From: a bacterium
GTDB taxonomy: Bacteria; Bacillota_I; Bacilli_A; RF39; UBA660
Reading direction: 5' to 3'
Length of the DNA: 64,000 nucleotides
Assembly (NCBI GenBank): GCA_030524925.1
Contig: JAUNFS010000002.1
Span: 2,202-66,201, forward strand
Position numbers and translations under genes: made by a program. The notes under the pieces were generated by a model that was not told the DNA's origin, searched no databases, and was given only the letters and a program-made list of their open reading frames with translations. This document shows, in pieces, positions 63,101 to 64,000 of this stretch; the stretch's first letter is position 1, and the number at the start of each line of letters is the position of its first letter.

Positions 63101-63696
63101 TATCTGCTTAAAGTAACTTGGTTTTCCTCTTTTGGTAAATCAAGGGATGCTATCCTATCTTTTAAAGTGGTTATTTCTAGTAAATTACCAGTTATGGCAT
63201 TTTGCATGCTAATTATTTGAATCTCTATTTGGCTGATTAAATTTTTAATAGTGTTCTTTTTGTTCATAGACATGAATGGGTTTCTTTTTAAAATATTTTC
63301 TAAAGCTGATTGTTTTAGAAATAAGTTATTGATATGGTTTACGATTAAAGCATGATAAAGTTTTTGCTTTTCTTCTAAAATAGATAAATAAGTGTGTTCT
63401 TTTTTATCACTTTGATTTATGGGATCTAGAATAAAGTCTATTTCTAAGTTAATTTTTGTTAGTTTGTTTATATAGTGATGTAAATATTTATCATCTTCTA
63501 GTTTTAAATCTAGTGATGTTAAGGTTTTATTTTGGTTAAGCTTAGCTAGATATACTCTTTCGTAAGTTTTAATTTCATTTTTATTTTCATGATAAAAATC
63601 TTCATTTGGTTTATAAATGAAGACTTTACCGGTTGTTATAAAATTGGTATTTGTACTAATTTTTTCTTTTTTAAATAGTTTACTAAATAGCCCCAT
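60166..63696 (-). CDS. giant cytoplasmic-type protein (1176 aa), tandem paralog B
   Basis: Same architecture as paralog A. Lies 15 bp downstream of the lepA stop. Confidence 0.5.
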   Translation of the reverse strand: MGLFSKLFKKEKISTNTNFITTGKVFIYKPNEDFYHENKNEIKTYERVYLAKLNQNKTLTSLDLKLEDDKYLHHYINKLTKINLEIDFILDPINQSDKKEHTYLSILEEKQKLYHALIVNHINNLFLKQSALENILKRNPFMSMNKKNTIKNLISQIEIQIISMQNAITGNLLEITTLKDRIASLDLPKEENQVTLSRYKKIIEGFDINLSEITLVTIAKATVQIEDEIYNDSHLANTISEDLTKLLSSNLPPKETLTKLDKLIAKCIGIEELGYQKIDNLKEKLFKAKFNILCNLAISNDYNGISFDSFFKEEQASLETILLNLINVISKDPSKEIYNAYDKAAKQNASEMNSVIYNDLIKILKEIITDKNGDFSAKDIFNKPFKLALLARISEPNQLISYFNNHLVKSSELFNYISKNDYIEYTENLPLSSFLKILSNELLFKEPNNLDKFTTLNKDEKEEDIIKLGFEKISKNQKLRSLIKLYELLYRIIRISGTYRQMPEGVKNIRTSDKISSANIFYLYTKLYSCIKTYPDTPTLCCPKSLESIDISLYRLPGFLSYSYDFIKSQLTIQLQEGTKKFISLSNKYSMPVQLSLVQLPSTITEISGFQANMEFNNYLNCDALSSKEKFMKLFDGIPWHDFIKYGCGIEFKHHLPIFDFTMYAHEFEELIGYDKETGTKLKDKIYKLFNSKLEEVYKRLSELANILELPLDLNSKTSEFSIEDIKNLYNKIIKSASNLTNEIITSSNNLDNTNETKDNKLKLLKKAEVLNELGLMSSNTFKAVTKNVIISILKNYERGTQIINELSISVVNTTLKENILNAMDEELSSASKNYLDEASQESLIETGLITKKIDPNAVKKIKSKINIIFLKSSLSPKTKVEVIYSPILLELLSALIKPTPIANFIKSLNTITISKKAYRVLLGNIADSYYFCNKVPVLTVLKLLNEVPKKDLKPFEGETILNLLDLYNELKAYLPVDEEEIIPPGIKDFIFNNSCKYLYNYSAKLFNKSKTKSIKFFPGLDYFNALKNENSFDNGNPFERISKITLTDDVGFISLSKPRTGNSIFKTTIVIPPNIKSHDIIAPGNNISLEFIDYQNSEILNSPHILSCIAHSFLNEFSAQSEIVLKQEGAEPVVITRQDIEAKAKFNPDKKYQQQILIEEIKKHLNKSNTKSASL
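62710..63696 (-). repeat. ~1-kb 5' segment of paralog B, near-identical to 59130-60117
   Basis: See the matching repeat entry at 59130-60117. Confidence 0.75.
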
Positions 63697-63711
63697 AGTT
63701 AATTCCTTTTA

Positions 63712-64000
63712 TTATTCGCCTTCTTTTAAAATGCTTAAGAAAGCTTCTGGTGGCACTTCTACACTACCAACCATTTTCATTCTTTTTTTACCTTCTTTTT
63801 GTTTTTCTAAAAGCTTACGCTTACGTGATACGTCACCACCATAACATTTTGCTAGAACGTTTTTACGCATGGCACTGATGTTTTCTCTTGAAATGACTTT
63901 TGAGCCAATACTGGCTTGAATAGGCACTTCAAACATCTGCCTTGGAATAAGAGTTCTTAAAGATTTAGTTATAGCATGGCCTCTGTTGTAAGCAGCATCT
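63712..64000 (-). CDS. lepA: elongation factor 4 (LepA), C-terminal part; gene continues past the window edge
   Basis: C-terminal sequence …[52 protein letters not shown] is the conserved LepA C-terminal domain. The frame is open to position 64000. Confidence 0.8.
   Translation of the reverse strand, partial: DAAYNRGHAITKSLRTLIPRQMFEVPIQASIGSKVISRENISAMRKNVLAKCYGGDVSRKRKLLEKQKEGKKRMKMVGSVEVPPEAFLSILKEGE

Noticed and set aside
1-64000. CRISPR arrays, rRNA and tRNA genes, intact IS elements or integrase-flanked prophage
   Set aside because: No spaced direct-repeat arrays, no rRNA- or tRNA-like conserved cores, and no transposase or phage structural genes were recognised. The only recombinase is a XerC/D-type housekeeping enzyme.

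Overview
This is an AT-rich (~27-30% GC) window using the standard genetic code, with gene order typical of Firmicutes, Erysipelotrichia or wall-less relatives.

Plus-strand housekeeping blocks: rbgA-rnhB, an LTA-synthase-family gene, topA, dnaG-sigA-trmK plus a sugar transferase, mnmA, rarA-gpsA.

Minus-strand housekeeping blocks: T-box-hisS-asnS-gatCAB, sufC-sufD-sufS-sufU, ftsK, and a partial lepA.

Accessory content sits between these blocks:
- Bases 1-7600 look like an accessory island: a nucleoside deoxyribosyltransferase-like gene, a radical SAM gene, dinD, a RhuM-family gene, a duplicated small-ORF plus YhcG-like nuclease cassette, and a frameshifted membrane-anchored SWIM zinc-finger gene.
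- A three-gene minus-strand operon (33993-38581) encodes a HerA-like ATPase, a UvrD-like helicase with a degenerate Walker A, and an unknown helical protein. This is a candidate undescribed defense or DNA-processing module.
- A paralogous family of membrane-anchored surface proteins has two intact copies and one internally deleted pseudogene. One copy has a poly-G(9) tract in its promoter spacer, which is a phase-variation candidate. The other carries an anomalous GC-rich patch.
- Two tandem ~1177-aa paralogs share a near-identical 5' kilobase but have divergent C-terminal halves.
- An orphan RnfC/RnfD-like pair sits downstream of one surface-protein gene.

No rRNA, tRNA or CRISPR array was seen.
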